A DNA stretch of 64,000 nt from an uncultured Alphaproteobacteria bacterium. GTDB taxonomy: Bacteria > Pseudomonadota > Alphaproteobacteria > Rhizobiales > Xanthobacteraceae. The notes under the pieces are model-generated. The model was not told where the DNA came from and made no database searches. It was given only the letters and a program-made list of their open reading frames with translations. The translations under genes were made by a program, and so were the position numbers. How positions within the stretch are numbered: position 1 is the stretch's first letter; the number at the start of each line of letters is the position of its first letter. Location: contig CAVUNF010000030.1 of the NCBI GenBank assembly GCA_963742695.1, forward strand, positions 174,580 to 238,579, in the 5' to 3' direction. Below, in pieces: positions 14,724 to 26,672 of the stretch.

Positions 14724-14802
14724 CCGTTTCGGCTGCTACCGATACGACTTTATGACTATTTTCTGACAGTACCGCGAAACTGCGGCCCCGCCTGGTAGCG
14801 AA

Positions 14803-15405
14803 ATGCCTCTGCAATCGTCCGTGCGTGAGTTGAAGAAGCCCCCTCGTCTCGACGATGAGGTGCGTTTTCTCCGTTCATGGATCGAAAAGCCGCTTCACAT
14901 GGGCGCGGTGATGCCGTCGGGCAAGTTGCTGGCCCGCACCATGGCGCAATATGTCGATGTCAATTCGTCAGGACCGGTGGTCGAACTCGGGCCGGGAACC
15001 GGCGCAATCACCAGCGCACTGATCGAGCGCGGCGTCGATCAGAAGCGTCTCGTGCTGGTCGAATATAATCCGGGCTTCTGCGCGCTGCTGCGCGATCGCT
15101 ATCCGCACGCCAAGGTCGTTCAGGGCGACGCCTATGCGCTGCGCGACTCGCTGTGGGACGTACTCAAGGTCCCCGCATCGGCCGTGGTCTCCGGGCTGCC
15201 GCTGGTGACAAAACCGATGCTGACGCGGCTGAAGCTGATCCGCGATGCTTTCGTCGCGCTGGCGCCGGGAGCGCCGTTCGTGCAGTTCACCTATTCGGTC
15301 GCGCCGCCGATTCCGAAATCGCTGCCCGGCGTGTCCACAGAAGCCTCCGAGCGGATCTGGATGAACCTTCCGCCCGCCCGTGTCTGGGTGTATCGCAAGG
15401 GCTGA
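14803..15405 (+). CDS. pmtA: phospholipid N-methyltransferase
   Basis: GAVMPSG, VVELGPGTG SAM motif, SGLPL, VQFTY, NLPPARVW; follows dnaJ as in rhizobia. Confidence 0.88.
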   Translation: MPLQSSVRELKKPPRLDDEVRFLRSWIEKPLHMGAVMPSGKLLARTMAQYVDVNSSGPVVELGPGTGAITSALIERGVDQKRLVLVEYNPGFCALLRDRYPHAKVVQGDAYALRDSLWDVLKVPASAVVSGLPLVTKPMLTRLKLIRDAFVALAPGAPFVQFTYSVAPPIPKSLPGVSTEASERIWMNLPPARVWVYRKG

Positions 15406-15453
15406 TACGCCTCCGGCGCCGATGGCGCCGGTTAGCCCTGTTGCGATGAACTG

Positions 15454-16032
15454 ATGTCCGCGCTGAAAATCCTCGTGATCCCCGGCTCGCTGCGGTCAGG
15501 CTCGCTCAATGCGAGGCTTGCGGCCGCCGCAGCGCATGCATTGGCGCTCGCCGGTGCCGAAGTCACGCGTATTTCGCTCGGCGATTTTCCGCTGCCGATC
15601 TATGACGGCGATCTGCAGACGAAATCCGGCGTGCCGAAGAATGCGGTCAATCTCAAGCGCATGATGTCGGCGCATCATGGCGTGCTGATCGTGACGCCGG
15701 AATATAATTCGTCGGTGCCGGCTCTGGTCAAGAACACCATCGACTGGGTGACGCGGGTGCAGGATACCCACGAGACCCGCGGCCAGGTGTTTCGCGAACG
15801 CGCTTTCGCGATCGCGGCGGCGTCGGAGAGCCGGCTCGGCGGAACGCGATCGCTGGCGGCGCTGCGGCTGATTCTCACCGCATGCCACGCGACGGTGATT
15901 CCCAACCAGCTCGCGCTGTCGTTCGCGGGCGAGGCTTATGATGATATGGACAGGCTGAAACATCCGGCCGATGCCGAGGCGCTGGCGGCGCTGGTGCGTC
16001 AGCTGATCGAGGTTTCCCAGCGCATGATGTGA
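15454..16032 (+). CDS. NADPH-dependent FMN reductase
   Basis: GSLRSGSLN, TPEYNSSVPALVKNTIDW. Confidence 0.88.
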   Translation: MSALKILVIPGSLRSGSLNARLAAAAAHALALAGAEVTRISLGDFPLPIYDGDLQTKSGVPKNAVNLKRMMSAHHGVLIVTPEYNSSVPALVKNTIDWVTRVQDTHETRGQVFRERAFAIAAASESRLGGTRSLAALRLILTACHATVIPNQLALSFAGEAYDDMDRLKHPADAEALAALVRQLIEVSQRMM

Positions 16033-16038
16033 GGTGAG

Positions 16039-16749
16039 ATGCAGCAGACCAAAATCGCTCCCCGCGACCGCTTGATCGTGGCGCTCGATCTGCCTGACGT
16101 GGCCGCGGCCGAAGCGATGATTGCGCGGCTCGGCGACAGCGTGACGTTCTACAAGATCGGCTATCAGCTCGCTTATGCCGGCGGATTGCCGCTGGTCCGT
16201 CAACTCGCCGGCGCCGGCAAGAAAGTCTTCGCCGATCTCAAGCTGCACGACATCGGCAATACGGTGGCGCGCGGCGTCGAAAGCGTGGCGTCGCTCGGCG
16301 CGACATTCCTGACGGTGCACGCCTATCCGCAGACCATGAAGGCGGCGGTCGAGGCCCGCGCCGGATCGGATCTGAAAATCCTCGCGGTCACCGTGCTGAC
16401 CTCTTACGACGATGGCGATCTGCACGCGGCGGGCTACCGGCTCGGGGTGTCGGATCTGGTCGAGGCCCGCGCCCAGCAGGCGCAGGTGCTCGGCGTCGAC
16501 GGCCTTGTGTGCTCGCCCGAGGAGGCGGCGGCCTTGCACAGGATTGTCGGCCATCAGATGGTTCTGGTGACGCCGGGTATCCGGCCGGCGGGAACGGCCA
16601 GCGGCGACCAGAAGCGCATCATGACGCCGGCAAAGGCGATTTCAGCCGGTGCCGATTATCTGGTAGTCGGACGCCCGGTGATGGAAGCCGCCGATCCCAA
16701 GGCAGCGGCCGAGGCGATCCAGGCAGAGATCAAGCAGGCTCTCGTTTAA
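16039..16749 (+). CDS. pyrF: orotidine-5'-phosphate decarboxylase
   Basis: [33 protein letters not shown]. Confidence 0.97.
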   Translation: MQQTKIAPRDRLIVALDLPDVAAAEAMIARLGDSVTFYKIGYQLAYAGGLPLVRQLAGAGKKVFADLKLHDIGNTVARGVESVASLGATFLTVHAYPQTMKAAVEARAGSDLKILAVTVLTSYDDGDLHAAGYRLGVSDLVEARAQQAQVLGVDGLVCSPEEAAALHRIVGHQMVLVTPGIRPAGTASGDQKRIMTPAKAISAGADYLVVGRPVMEAADPKAAAEAIQAEIKQALV

Positions 16750-16768
16750 CAAGGGAAGGAAAAACAAG

Positions 16769-17071
16769 ATGGCAAAAGGCTATTGGATCGCGCGCGTCGA
16801 CGTACACAATGACGATGGCTACAAGGCCTATGCGATGGCCAATCCCGCGATCTTCAAGAAATTCGGCGGGCGCTTCATCGTTCGCGCCGGCAAGTTCAAC
16901 GCGATCGAGGGACAGAGCCGCTCGCGCAACGTCGTGATCGAGTTTCCCGATTATGATGCGGCGATGGCCTGCTACAATTCGCCGGAATACCAGGCCAACA
17001 TCGAGGTGCGGCGGCCGCATTCGCAGGCCGACCTCATCATCATCGAAGGCTATGACGGCCCGCAGCCCTGA
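16769..17071 (+). CDS. DUF1330 protein
   Basis: [31 protein letters not shown]. Confidence 0.88.
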   Translation: MAKGYWIARVDVHNDDGYKAYAMANPAIFKKFGGRFIVRAGKFNAIEGQSRSRNVVIEFPDYDAAMACYNSPEYQANIEVRRPHSQADLIIIEGYDGPQP

Positions 17072-17139
17072 GTCAGTTCAGGGGCTGTTGGTTGCCGGAA
17101 CAGCCTCCGCCCGCTAATACGGCGAGGAGAGGTAGAGCC

Positions 17140-17955
17140 ATGGCCGACATGCGTTTGATCGTTGCGGGGGCCGGCGGCCGGATGGGCCGCGCGCTGACGC
17201 GCGTCATCTCGGAAACGCCGGGCGCGGTGCTTGCCGGCGCGCTGGAGGCGCCGGGCTCGGAACTGCTGGGCAAGGATGCCGGCGTGCTCGCGGGCCTGCC
17301 CGCCAACGGTGTGCTGTTGTCCGGCGATCTCTGGTCGCTGTCGGCGAAGGCGGACGGCATTCTCGACTTCACGGTGCCGGGGGCGACCATCGCCAATGTC
17401 GCGATCGCCGCCGAGCGTGGCCTGGTTCACGTCATCGGCACCACCGGCCTCTCGTCGTCGGATGACGCGGTGATCAAGAGCGTCACGTCGCGCGCCATTG
17501 TCGTCAAGTCGGGCAATATGAGCCTCGGCGTCAATCTGCTGGCGGCGCTGGTCAAGCGCGTGGCGCAATCGCTCGACCATAGTTTCGATATTGAAATCCT
17601 GGAAATGCATCACCGCGCCAAGGTCGACGCGCCCTCGGGCACCGCCCTCATGCTCGGCGAGGCTGCCGCCGCCGGCCGCGGTGTCGACCTCGACAGTCAT
17701 TCGGCGCGCGGCCGCGACGGCATCACCGGCGCGCGGCGGCCGGGCGATATCGGCTTTGCGTCGCTGCGCGGCGGCACCGTCACCGGCGATCACAGCGTGA
17801 TCTTCGCCGGCGCCATGGAGCGCATCACCCTGTCGCATCATGCCGAGGACCGCATGATGTTCGCGCAAGGCGCGCTGAAGGCGGCGCTGTGGGCACACGG
17901 CAGGAAGCCCGGGCTGTATTCGATGGCCGACGTGCTCGGGCTCACCGACTTCTGA
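17140..17955 (+). CDS. dapB: 4-hydroxy-tetrahydrodipicolinate reductase
   Basis: [28 protein letters not shown]. Confidence 0.96.
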   Translation: MADMRLIVAGAGGRMGRALTRVISETPGAVLAGALEAPGSELLGKDAGVLAGLPANGVLLSGDLWSLSAKADGILDFTVPGATIANVAIAAERGLVHVIGTTGLSSSDDAVIKSVTSRAIVVKSGNMSLGVNLLAALVKRVAQSLDHSFDIEILEMHHRAKVDAPSGTALMLGEAAAAGRGVDLDSHSARGRDGITGARRPGDIGFASLRGGTVTGDHSVIFAGAMERITLSHHAEDRMMFAQGALKAALWAHGRKPGLYSMADVLGLTDF

Positions 17956-17969
17956 ACTAACGCGGCGAA

Positions 17970-19502
<1,533 letters not shown>

Positions 19503-19670
19503 AGACCCACCTTTTATGGCTGCTTACCAAGGTGGTTGTGAGCGATCGGTTTGCGGTCGTCAATCGCCGCTCGGCGGGTCCCAGGGAACTGGCAATTGGG
19601 CTTGCCGGAACTGCCGGAAGGCAACGCTGCCTGCGGCCTACCGGCCATTGTTGCGGCGAAACTCGCCGAA

Positions 19671-20567
19671 CTAATGCACGCCCACTTGCCCGGCTTCCCA
19701 GCCCAGCATCGCCTGCTTGCGGGTGATGCCCCAGTGATAGCCGGTCAGCGCGCCGCTTTTGCCGAGCGCGCGGTGGCAGGGCACCACGAACGATACCGGA
19801 TTCTTTCCAACCGCCGCGCCGACCGCGCGTGACGCCTTCGGGCTCTTGATGTTGCTGGCGATATCCGAATAGGAGACCGCGCGGCCCATCGGGATTTTCA
19901 GCAGCGTCTCCCAGACCCGGACCTCGAAGTCGGTGCCGATCAGGACCACGCGCAACGGCTGGTCCGCACGCCACATTTTTGTATCGAAGATGCGCTGCGC
20001 CAGCGCGGCCGTGCCTTCGCTGTCTTCGATATAGGTCGCGCGCGGCCAGCGCCGCTGCATGTCGGCGAGCGCCGCCTTTTCCTCGCCGGGATCGGCGAAG
20101 GCGAGGCCCGCGAGGCCGCGGCCGCTGGCGATCACGATCGCGGTACCGAACGGCGAGGGGTGAAATCCGTAAGCCAGCGTCATGCCGGCGCCGCCGGTCT
20201 TCCATTCGCCCGGTGACATCGCCTCATGGGTGACGAACAGGTCGTGCAGCCGGCCCGGGCCCGAGAGCCCGGAGTCGAGCGCCGCGTCGAGCACGCTGGC
20301 GGAATCGCGCAGCAGGCCCTTGGCGTGGTCGAGCGTCAGCGCCTGCATGAAGGCTTTTGGCGTCAGCCCGGCCCAGCGGCGAAACAGATGGTGCAACTCA
20401 TCCGGCGTCACCCCGGCGGCATCCGCCATCGATTCGATGGTCGGCTGCGCGCGCCAGTGTTCCGAAATGAAGGCGATGGCGCGCCGCACCGAATCATAGT
20501 CGCGGAGTGCGGCGGCCTGCGGACCCGGTTTTGTGAGGCGGTGCTCATTCATGGCAAGGTTCATCAT
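19671..20567 (-). CDS. AraC-HTH / methylated-DNA-protein cysteine S-methyltransferase (Ada-like)
   Basis: N-terminal HTH (FRRWAGLTPK), C-terminal RAVGAAVGKNP..VPCHR. Confidence 0.9.
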   Translation of the reverse strand: MMNLAMNEHRLTKPGPQAAALRDYDSVRRAIAFISEHWRAQPTIESMADAAGVTPDELHHLFRRWAGLTPKAFMQALTLDHAKGLLRDSASVLDAALDSGLSGPGRLHDLFVTHEAMSPGEWKTGGAGMTLAYGFHPSPFGTAIVIASGRGLAGLAFADPGEEKAALADMQRRWPRATYIEDSEGTAALAQRIFDTKMWRADQPLRVVLIGTDFEVRVWETLLKIPMGRAVSYSDIASNIKSPKASRAVGAAVGKNPVSFVVPCHRALGKSGALTGYHWGITRKQAMLGWEAGQVGVH

Positions 20568-20622
20568 GGTTCTGATGTAGGCCCGGAGCCCGGTCCAAAC
20601 CACCCGATTCCCGACAGGTCCA

Positions 20623-20680
20623 TAGCGTTTTCAAGCGAAGTGGGTGCCGGTTCGCGTGAAGAAAACGCGTCAAAATAAAA
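20623..20680. repeat. short intergenic palindromic repeat
   Basis: GCGTTTTCAAGCGAA..TTCGCGTGAAGAAAACGC imperfect inverted repeat. Confidence 0.5.
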
Positions 20681-20684
20681 GCCT

Positions 20685-21197
20685 TCACGCGACGGGATTG
20701 TAGGTTGGGCCGCGCTTGGCGGCCTGCAGTGCCGCCGTTAAGGCTTTGGCAAAGCTAGCCTTTTCGTCAGGTCCCAGAAAGCTCGCGATGGAGACGCGGC
20801 GGCCTCTGGAAAGCAGATAAAGCTTTTCGATGCCGAATTCCGGATCCGCCTTCTGGTCGAGCTGCACCCACAGCGGATTGAGCACCCATTCCACCACATG
20901 GCCGCGGTGGCTGATCCGGCGCACGCGCAGTTCGGACGGCGTCACCGAAATTTCCTCGCTCGCCTTGGCGTCGCGGAAATTGATCCGGAACGCCCAATAG
21001 ATCACCAGGATATCGAGGCCGAAAAAGCCGAGTACGGGCCAGGCGCCCATCAGCAGAAACACCAGGCCGGCGGCGAAGCTGACCACGATGACGAACGTCA
21101 TCAGCACCAGAAAGCCGTTGCGGCTCAGCGAGCGGTGCGGCGTCAGCAAGGCCGAAAACAATTTCGGCTCGGGATCAAAGTCGTTGCCTGCGGTCAT
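20685..21197 (-). CDS. DUF2244 membrane protein
   Basis: LTPHRSL, GAWPVLGFFGLD, NPLWVQL, IASFLGPDEK. Confidence 0.85.
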   Translation of the reverse strand: MTAGNDFDPEPKLFSALLTPHRSLSRNGFLVLMTFVIVVSFAAGLVFLLMGAWPVLGFFGLDILVIYWAFRINFRDAKASEEISVTPSELRVRRISHRGHVVEWVLNPLWVQLDQKADPEFGIEKLYLLSRGRRVSIASFLGPDEKASFAKALTAALQAAKRGPTYNPVA

Positions 21198-21219
21198 CGT
21201 GGATCAGTATACCCCGATC

Positions 21220-22029
21220 ATGGCGAAAATCACCCGCAAGGCCCCGTCTCAACCGAAGTCTACGGTCGCGAAGCGCGTCAAGGCGATCCGCAAGCGCCCT
21301 GCCGCCGGCACCCTCCGCGGTAAGCCTGCAAAAAAGCCGGCGCCCAAACTGGGGCAGGCGCGCGACGCGAAGAAATCCCTGAAGGCAATAAAACCCTGGA
21401 CACCGGCCGAGGTTCGCGAGGCGTTCAGCCGCTTCCGCAACGCCAATCCGGAGCCGAAGGGCGAACTCGAGCATCTCAATCCCTACACGCTGCTGGTCGC
21501 GGTGGTGCTGTCGGCGCAGGCGACCGACGCCGGCGTCAACAAGGCGACGCGCGCGCTGTTCGCGGTCGCCGACACGCCGCAAAAGATGCTCGCGCTCGGC
21601 GAGGAGAGGGTGCGCGAATACATCAAGACCATCGGGCTCTACCGCAACAAGGCCAAGAACGTCATCGCGCTGTCGGAAAAGCTGATCGCCGAATTCGGAA
21701 GCGTGGTGCCGCGCACCCGCACCGAGCTGGAATCGCTGCCCGGCGCCGGCCGCAAGACCGCCAACGTCGTGCTCAACATGGCGTTCGGCGAGCACACCAT
21801 GGCGGTGGATACCCACGTGTTTCGCGTCGGCAACCGAACCGGCATGGCGCCGGGCAACACGCCGCTCGACGTCGAACTCGAACTGGAGCGCGTGATCCCT
21901 TCCGAATTCATGCTGCACGCGCACCACTGGCTGATCCTGCACGGCCGCTACACCTGCCTCGCGCGAAAACCGCGCTGCGAGGTGTGCGTGATCAACGATT
22001 TGTGCCGGTGGCCGGAAAAGACGGTGTGA
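21220..22029 (+). CDS. nth: endonuclease III
   Basis: LVAVVLSAQATD, LPGAGRKTANV HhH, C-x6-C-x2-C-x5-C Fe-S motif. Confidence 0.96.
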   Translation: MAKITRKAPSQPKSTVAKRVKAIRKRPAAGTLRGKPAKKPAPKLGQARDAKKSLKAIKPWTPAEVREAFSRFRNANPEPKGELEHLNPYTLLVAVVLSAQATDAGVNKATRALFAVADTPQKMLALGEERVREYIKTIGLYRNKAKNVIALSEKLIAEFGSVVPRTRTELESLPGAGRKTANVVLNMAFGEHTMAVDTHVFRVGNRTGMAPGNTPLDVELELERVIPSEFMLHAHHWLILHGRYTCLARKPRCEVCVINDLCRWPEKTV

Positions 22030-22055
22030 GGGCTAATCCTCGCCGCTCGCATCGT

Positions 22056-22165
22056 CCTCATCCTGAGGAGCCGCGCTCGCACGGCGTCTCGAAGGATGGC
22101 CGCAAGTCCGGACAGTTTCGTCCATCCTTCGAGACGCTTGCCGCGCAAGCTCGCTCAGGATGAGG
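22056..22165. repeat. REP-like palindromic element, family A, copy 1
   Basis: CCTCATCCTGAG..CGTCTCGAAGGATGG / CCATCCTTCGAGACG..CTCAGGATGAGG; related copy at 50857. Confidence 0.8.
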
Positions 22166-22180
22166 TCCGCGAAGGGGGCC

Positions 22181-22933
22181 TCACGCCACCGGCATTCCCG
22201 TCTTCCGTCCCGGCTCGATCAACTCCGGCCGCGGCCCGCTCAATCGCTTGTGCATGTGGACCATGAACGCCATGCCGAACAAGGGCGTCGCGAGGTTGAC
22301 GATCGGGATCGAGACGAATGCCGCGACGAACAGTCCCGCGGTGAAGACGGTGGCCGAATTCGCCTTGCGCATCGCCTTGGCTTCCGCCGGGGAACGAAAA
22401 CGCATCGCCGCGAGCAGGAAATACTCCCGGCCCAAAAGCCATGCGGTGGCGATGAAGAATATGATGAAGCCGGCGCCGGCGAAGAGCACGAACGGCAGCG
22501 CGATCAGGTAGACCAGCAGCGTCAGCAGCGCGGTCTTGACGCCTTCGGTCATGGCGAGGTCGAACGGCAATGCGGTGCCGGGGCGTTCCGCCGGGTAGTG
22601 CTCGAGCTCGACATGGTCGGCGACCTCGTCGACGAACACGCTCGCCACCAGCGAGGTGATCACCGGCATCAGGAAAACCGCGCCGAGCACGACGCCGAGA
22701 CCGGCGAGGATCGAGATGATCCAGGCCAGCACATTGATCGACGTGTGGAAGCCGGGGCCTAGCATCGCCTCGAGCCAGACTTCGCCCGAGGTCGCGAACC
22801 AGCTCAACAGCTGCTGCAAGCCGATCGCCAGCAGCGTGATCAGCAGCAGCGCCAGACCGATCGATCGCCACAAAATGGAGCGCATCGGCGGCGACAGGAT
22901 CTGTGAAAGCGCCTTGACGGCGGCGTCGAGCAT
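22181..22933 (-). CDS. CysZ/EI24-like membrane protein
   Basis: Hydrophobic helices, DEVADHVE..HYP, LLGREYF, SIPIVNL. Confidence 0.8.
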   Translation of the reverse strand: MLDAAVKALSQILSPPMRSILWRSIGLALLLITLLAIGLQQLLSWFATSGEVWLEAMLGPGFHTSINVLAWIISILAGLGVVLGAVFLMPVITSLVASVFVDEVADHVELEHYPAERPGTALPFDLAMTEGVKTALLTLLVYLIALPFVLFAGAGFIIFFIATAWLLGREYFLLAAMRFRSPAEAKAMRKANSATVFTAGLFVAAFVSIPIVNLATPLFGMAFMVHMHKRLSGPRPELIEPGRKTGMPVA

Positions 22934-23156
22934 GGTGGCGAAGTCCTCTAATCGAAAAAACCCTTGCGAGAGTTAGACACGCCGGCCGGCTTCGGCAAGG
23001 GCCGCTGCAAGAAGCTGGGCGGCATCGGCGCCGGCGGCCGGCTTCCCTGCATTTGCGTTATGCAGCAGCGGATGCACGGTTCGGCAGATTGTATTTTCCA
23101 CCGGCCGTCCGAACGCCTAGTCTCGGCGGCCAAATACCTGAGGCGTGCGGGAGAAA

Positions 23157-24341
23157 ATGATGAGCGGGACGGAATTGCCACTGGCGGGCGTGAGGGTCAT
23201 TGAGATGACCCACATGGTGATGGGGCCGACCTGCGGCATGGTTCTGGCGCAGCTGGGTGCCGAGATCATCAAGGTCGAGCCGCCCGCCGGCGACAAGACC
23301 CGCAGCCTGGGCGGCATGGGAACTTCGTTCTTCCCGCTGTTCAACCGCGGCAAGCGCAGCGTCGTGCTCGATTTCGCCAAGCCCGAGGATCGCGAGACCA
23401 TGCACCGGCTGCTGGCCTCCGCCGACGTGTTTCTGGAAAACTTTCGCGACGGGCAGCTGGAAAAACAGGGGCTCGGCCCGGAGCAGCTTCGCCAAAAATA
23501 TCCTGACTTGATCGTCGCCGGCCACAAGGGCTTTCTGTCCGGTCCCTACGAGCATCGTCCGGCGCTCGACGAAGTCGTGCAGATGATGTCGGGCCTCGCC
23601 GCCATGACCGGCACCAGCGCAAAGCCGCAGCGTGTCGGCTCCTCGGCCAACGACATCATGGGCGGCATGTTCGGCGCGATCGCGATCCTCGCCGCGCTCT
23701 ACCAGAAGCGCGGCGGCAGCAAGGGCGGCGCCGACATCCGCATCGGGCTGTTCGAGAACTGCCTGTTCCTGGTGGCGCAGCACATGGTCGAGTACGAGAT
23801 GACCGGCAACAGGCCGCGCTCGATGCCGGAGCGCGAGCACGCCTGGCCGATCTACGATATTTTCGAGACCGCCGGCGGCGAGCGCATCTTCATCGGCGTC
23901 GTCACCGAAGGCCACTGGCAGAGCTTTTGCCGCGAATTCGGCCTGCAGGAATTCCTGGACGATCCCACGTTGCGCAGCACCACCGACCGCATCTTCGCGC
24001 GGTCCCGGATCATTCCGCGCGCTGCCGAGGTGATCAGGGGCTGGGACGCCGCAAAACTTTCCGCGACGCTCGACCGGCTCAACATCTGCTTCTCGCCGAT
24101 CAACCGCCCCGAGGATCTGTTCGACGATCCGCACGTGTTGCGTCCCGGCGGCCTCGTCAATAACATCAACGCCAATGGCGAGCCGTTCCGCGTGCCCGCG
24201 CTGCCGATCGAGTGGAACGGCGCCAATATCGGCGAAGGGCTGAAGGTGCCCGTGCTCGGCGCCGATACGGCGGCCGTTCGCGCCGAGTTCGAAGATCAGG
24301 AAGTTGCTCCAACCGCCAAACCCGCTGTGAGGCTCGCATGA
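23157..24341 (+). CDS. CaiB/BaiF class III CoA transferase
   Basis: PLAGVRVIE, LAQLGAEIIKVEP, NRGKRSV, DVFLENFR. Confidence 0.92.
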   Translation: MMSGTELPLAGVRVIEMTHMVMGPTCGMVLAQLGAEIIKVEPPAGDKTRSLGGMGTSFFPLFNRGKRSVVLDFAKPEDRETMHRLLASADVFLENFRDGQLEKQGLGPEQLRQKYPDLIVAGHKGFLSGPYEHRPALDEVVQMMSGLAAMTGTSAKPQRVGSSANDIMGGMFGAIAILAALYQKRGGSKGGADIRIGLFENCLFLVAQHMVEYEMTGNRPRSMPEREHAWPIYDIFETAGGERIFIGVVTEGHWQSFCREFGLQEFLDDPTLRSTTDRIFARSRIIPRAAEVIRGWDAAKLSATLDRLNICFSPINRPEDLFDDPHVLRPGGLVNNINANGEPFRVPALPIEWNGANIGEGLKVPVLGADTAAVRAEFEDQEVAPTAKPAVRLA

Positions 24342-25285
24342 CCCGCATTCAAGACGTCTATCCCGAAGGCCGCGTCAGCCTGCGCGAAGTGGGCCTGCGC
24401 GACGGCCTGCAACTGGTAAAAACCTTTCCGTCGACATCGGCAAAGCAGCGCTGGATCCGCGACGAATACGGCGCCGGCGTGCGGCATTTCGAGGTCGGCT
24501 CGTTCCTGCCTGCGAAAACCTTTCCGCAGTTTGTCGATGTGCGCGATATCGTCGCCACCATCGCGTCGCTGCCGGGCGCGCATGGCGTCGGGCTGGCGTT
24601 GAACGAACGCGGCGTCAACGAGGCGCTGGCCTCGGGCGTCGCTGAAATCGCCACGGTGGTTTCGGCCACCGAAGAGCACAGCCAGGCCAACGCCAACCGC
24701 TCGCGCGAATCCGCCATCGCCAACGTCAAGCGGATGTGCGACCTGCGCGACGCCAGCGCGCACAAGCCGCTGGTCAATGCCGCGATCTCGATGGCGCTGG
24801 GATGCTCGATCACCGGTGCGGTGGACCCGAAGGAAGTGCTGAAACTGGTCGAAAAATGTCTCGAGGCCGGCGTCGACTTCGTCGCCATCGCCGACACCGT
24901 CGGCTATTCCGGCCCGAAGCAGGTCGGCGAATTGACCAAAGCCGCCGTGAAATTGTCCGGCGCAAAACCGGTCTGCGTTCACCTGCACGATACCAGGGGC
25001 ATGGGCATCGCCAATGCGTCCGCCGCACTCGATGCCGGCGCGCGGATTCTCGACGGCTCGCTCGGCGGCCTCGGCGGCTGCCCGTTCGCGCCCGGCGCCA
25101 CCGGCAATGTGGTGTTCGAGGATCTGGCGTTCCTCTGCGAGAGCAAGGGATTTTCGACCGGCATCGATATCGAGAAATTGATCGCGGTGCGCTCGATCCT
25201 GCGCTCGGAAATGCCCGGGGAGACGCTGTACGGCGGGCTCGCCCGCGCCGGGCTGCCCGACCGGAAATCCAGCGTCGCCGCCTGA
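24338..25285 (+). CDS. HMG-CoA lyase family (DRE-TIM) protein
   Basis: REVGLRDGLQ, ADTVG, HLHDTRG, GGLGGCPFAPGATGN; 4-nt overlap with the CoA transferase. Confidence 0.9.
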   Translation: MTRIQDVYPEGRVSLREVGLRDGLQLVKTFPSTSAKQRWIRDEYGAGVRHFEVGSFLPAKTFPQFVDVRDIVATIASLPGAHGVGLALNERGVNEALASGVAEIATVVSATEEHSQANANRSRESAIANVKRMCDLRDASAHKPLVNAAISMALGCSITGAVDPKEVLKLVEKCLEAGVDFVAIADTVGYSGPKQVGELTKAAVKLSGAKPVCVHLHDTRGMGIANASAALDAGARILDGSLGGLGGCPFAPGATGNVVFEDLAFLCESKGFSTGIDIEKLIAVRSILRSEMPGETLYGGLARAGLPDRKSSVAA

Positions 25286-25366
25286 TCGGATCACACCCCG
25301 CGCAAGAAATCGTGATTCTGAATTCAAGACAGAATCTATGGACCGGCGGAATTGCGAACCTACATC

Positions 25367-25452
25367 GGAAGGGTGCCGGTCTCCCTCGTCCGGTACTCAT
25401 TGGTGTGAGTAGCGGCCCCAGCCTGCCCCCCGAGCTGGGGCCGCCCCCTTCC
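25367..25452 (+). ncRNA. candidate structured RNA (multi-hairpin, C-rich loops)
   Basis: Three hairpins enclosed by GGAAGGG/CCCTTCC; perfect 11-bp stem GCGGCCCCAGC/GCTGGGGCCGC. Confidence 0.4.
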
Positions 25453-25477
25453 GGGTTCGTCGACTGGAGTAATTCCG

Positions 25478-25684
25478 ATGCGTTCCGTTTTAGCGTTGGG
25501 CGTTTTGCTTGCCCTTGTTGCCCCTGCCAACGCCGCAAAGGTGCATCATTCCAAACCGCAACGGGTTATCGCCAATCCCGATCCATATAAGGTCCCGGCC
25601 TACGGGTCTCCGGAGTGGGAGCGGCTTCACCGCCTGAACATGCCGAGCTACGACGATCCGTCAAAGCTCAGCCCCGGCGCCTGA
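25478..25684 (+). CDS. small secreted hypothetical protein
   Basis: GGAG RBS; signal peptide MRSVLALGVLLALVAPANA; C-terminus PSYDDPSK. Confidence 0.7.
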   Translation: MRSVLALGVLLALVAPANAAKVHHSKPQRVIANPDPYKVPAYGSPEWERLHRLNMPSYDDPSKLSPGA

Positions 25685-25731
25685 TCCAGAGACGCGTGAT
25701 CAGAACCTGAGCGCAGCGTTGGCGGTGTCGA

Positions 25732-26187
25732 TCATCCGTCGGCATCGCTGAGAACCGTTTTGGGTGCGATCCTCGTCCGGGACTTCTGCCAGACGTCATG
25801 CAGGATCATGCCCGCGGTCATCGCCGCGACGAACACCAATATGCCAGGCGACAGCGTCGCGAGGCTTTCCAGAGCCGGCCCCGGACACAGACCAACAAGC
25901 CCCCAGCCTATTCCGAACAATGCCGCCCCCGCGATCAGCGGCCGGTCGATGTCGCTTCGGGTCGGCCAAAATCCTTGAGGCGCCAGCAGCGGTCGCGCGC
26001 GGCCGTTCGCCAGCTTGAAGCCGGGAATCGACACGGCCAGCGCCGCGATCATCACGACGGCAAGGCTTGGATCCCACGCGCCGAAGATATCCAGAAATGC
26101 CAAAACCTTGGTCGGCTGCACCATTCCGGAAATCAGCAGGCCGGCGCCGAACACCAGGCCGCAAAACAAGGTTGCGATGACAAGCAT
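25732..26187 (-). CDS. YeeE/YedE (DUF6691-type) membrane protein
   Basis: GLVFGAGLLISGM.QP.KVLAFLD..G.WDPSL, FGIGWGLVGLCPGP. Confidence 0.88.
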   Translation of the reverse strand: MLVIATLFCGLVFGAGLLISGMVQPTKVLAFLDIFGAWDPSLAVVMIAALAVSIPGFKLANGRARPLLAPQGFWPTRSDIDRPLIAGAALFGIGWGLVGLCPGPALESLATLSPGILVFVAAMTAGMILHDVWQKSRTRIAPKTVLSDADG

Positions 26188-26190
26188 GGT

Positions 26191-26618
26191 TCAGCCTCCC
26201 AACAGGTGACGGGTGATCGCGACCGTCGCGATGGCGGTCAGCATGAAGATGATGGTGGCGGCGATCGAGCGGCCAGACAGCCGCGCTATTCCGCAGATGC
26301 CGTGGCCCGAAGTGCAGCCGCCGCCCAGCCTCGCGCCGAAGCCGACCAAGCAGGCCGGCCGCGACGATGACGATCCAGCTCGGCGGTAATTTGGGCGCCG
26401 GCATCGGATACCCGATCGCGCCGGCGATCAGGGGTGCGAGGATAAGCCCTGCGATGAAGGCGATCCGCCAGCCCTTGTCGTTGCTTGCCGGGATCGAGCA
26501 GGCCACCAAAAATGCCGCTGATGCCGGCGATGCGGCCGGCCAGCAACATCAGCAGCACGGAAGAAAGGCCGATCAGCGCGCCGCCGATCGCCGCCGACAA
26601 TGGAGTGAAATTCGCCAT
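26191..26618 (-). CDS. YeeE/YedE family sulfur-compound transporter half, frameshifted
   Basis: [21 protein letters not shown]; [12 protein letters not shown] in shifted frame. Confidence 0.85.
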
Positions 26619-26672
26619 GACGCTGCTCCACGAATACCGAGAGTACGATATCTAGCGATCCGGCCGGCGGAA

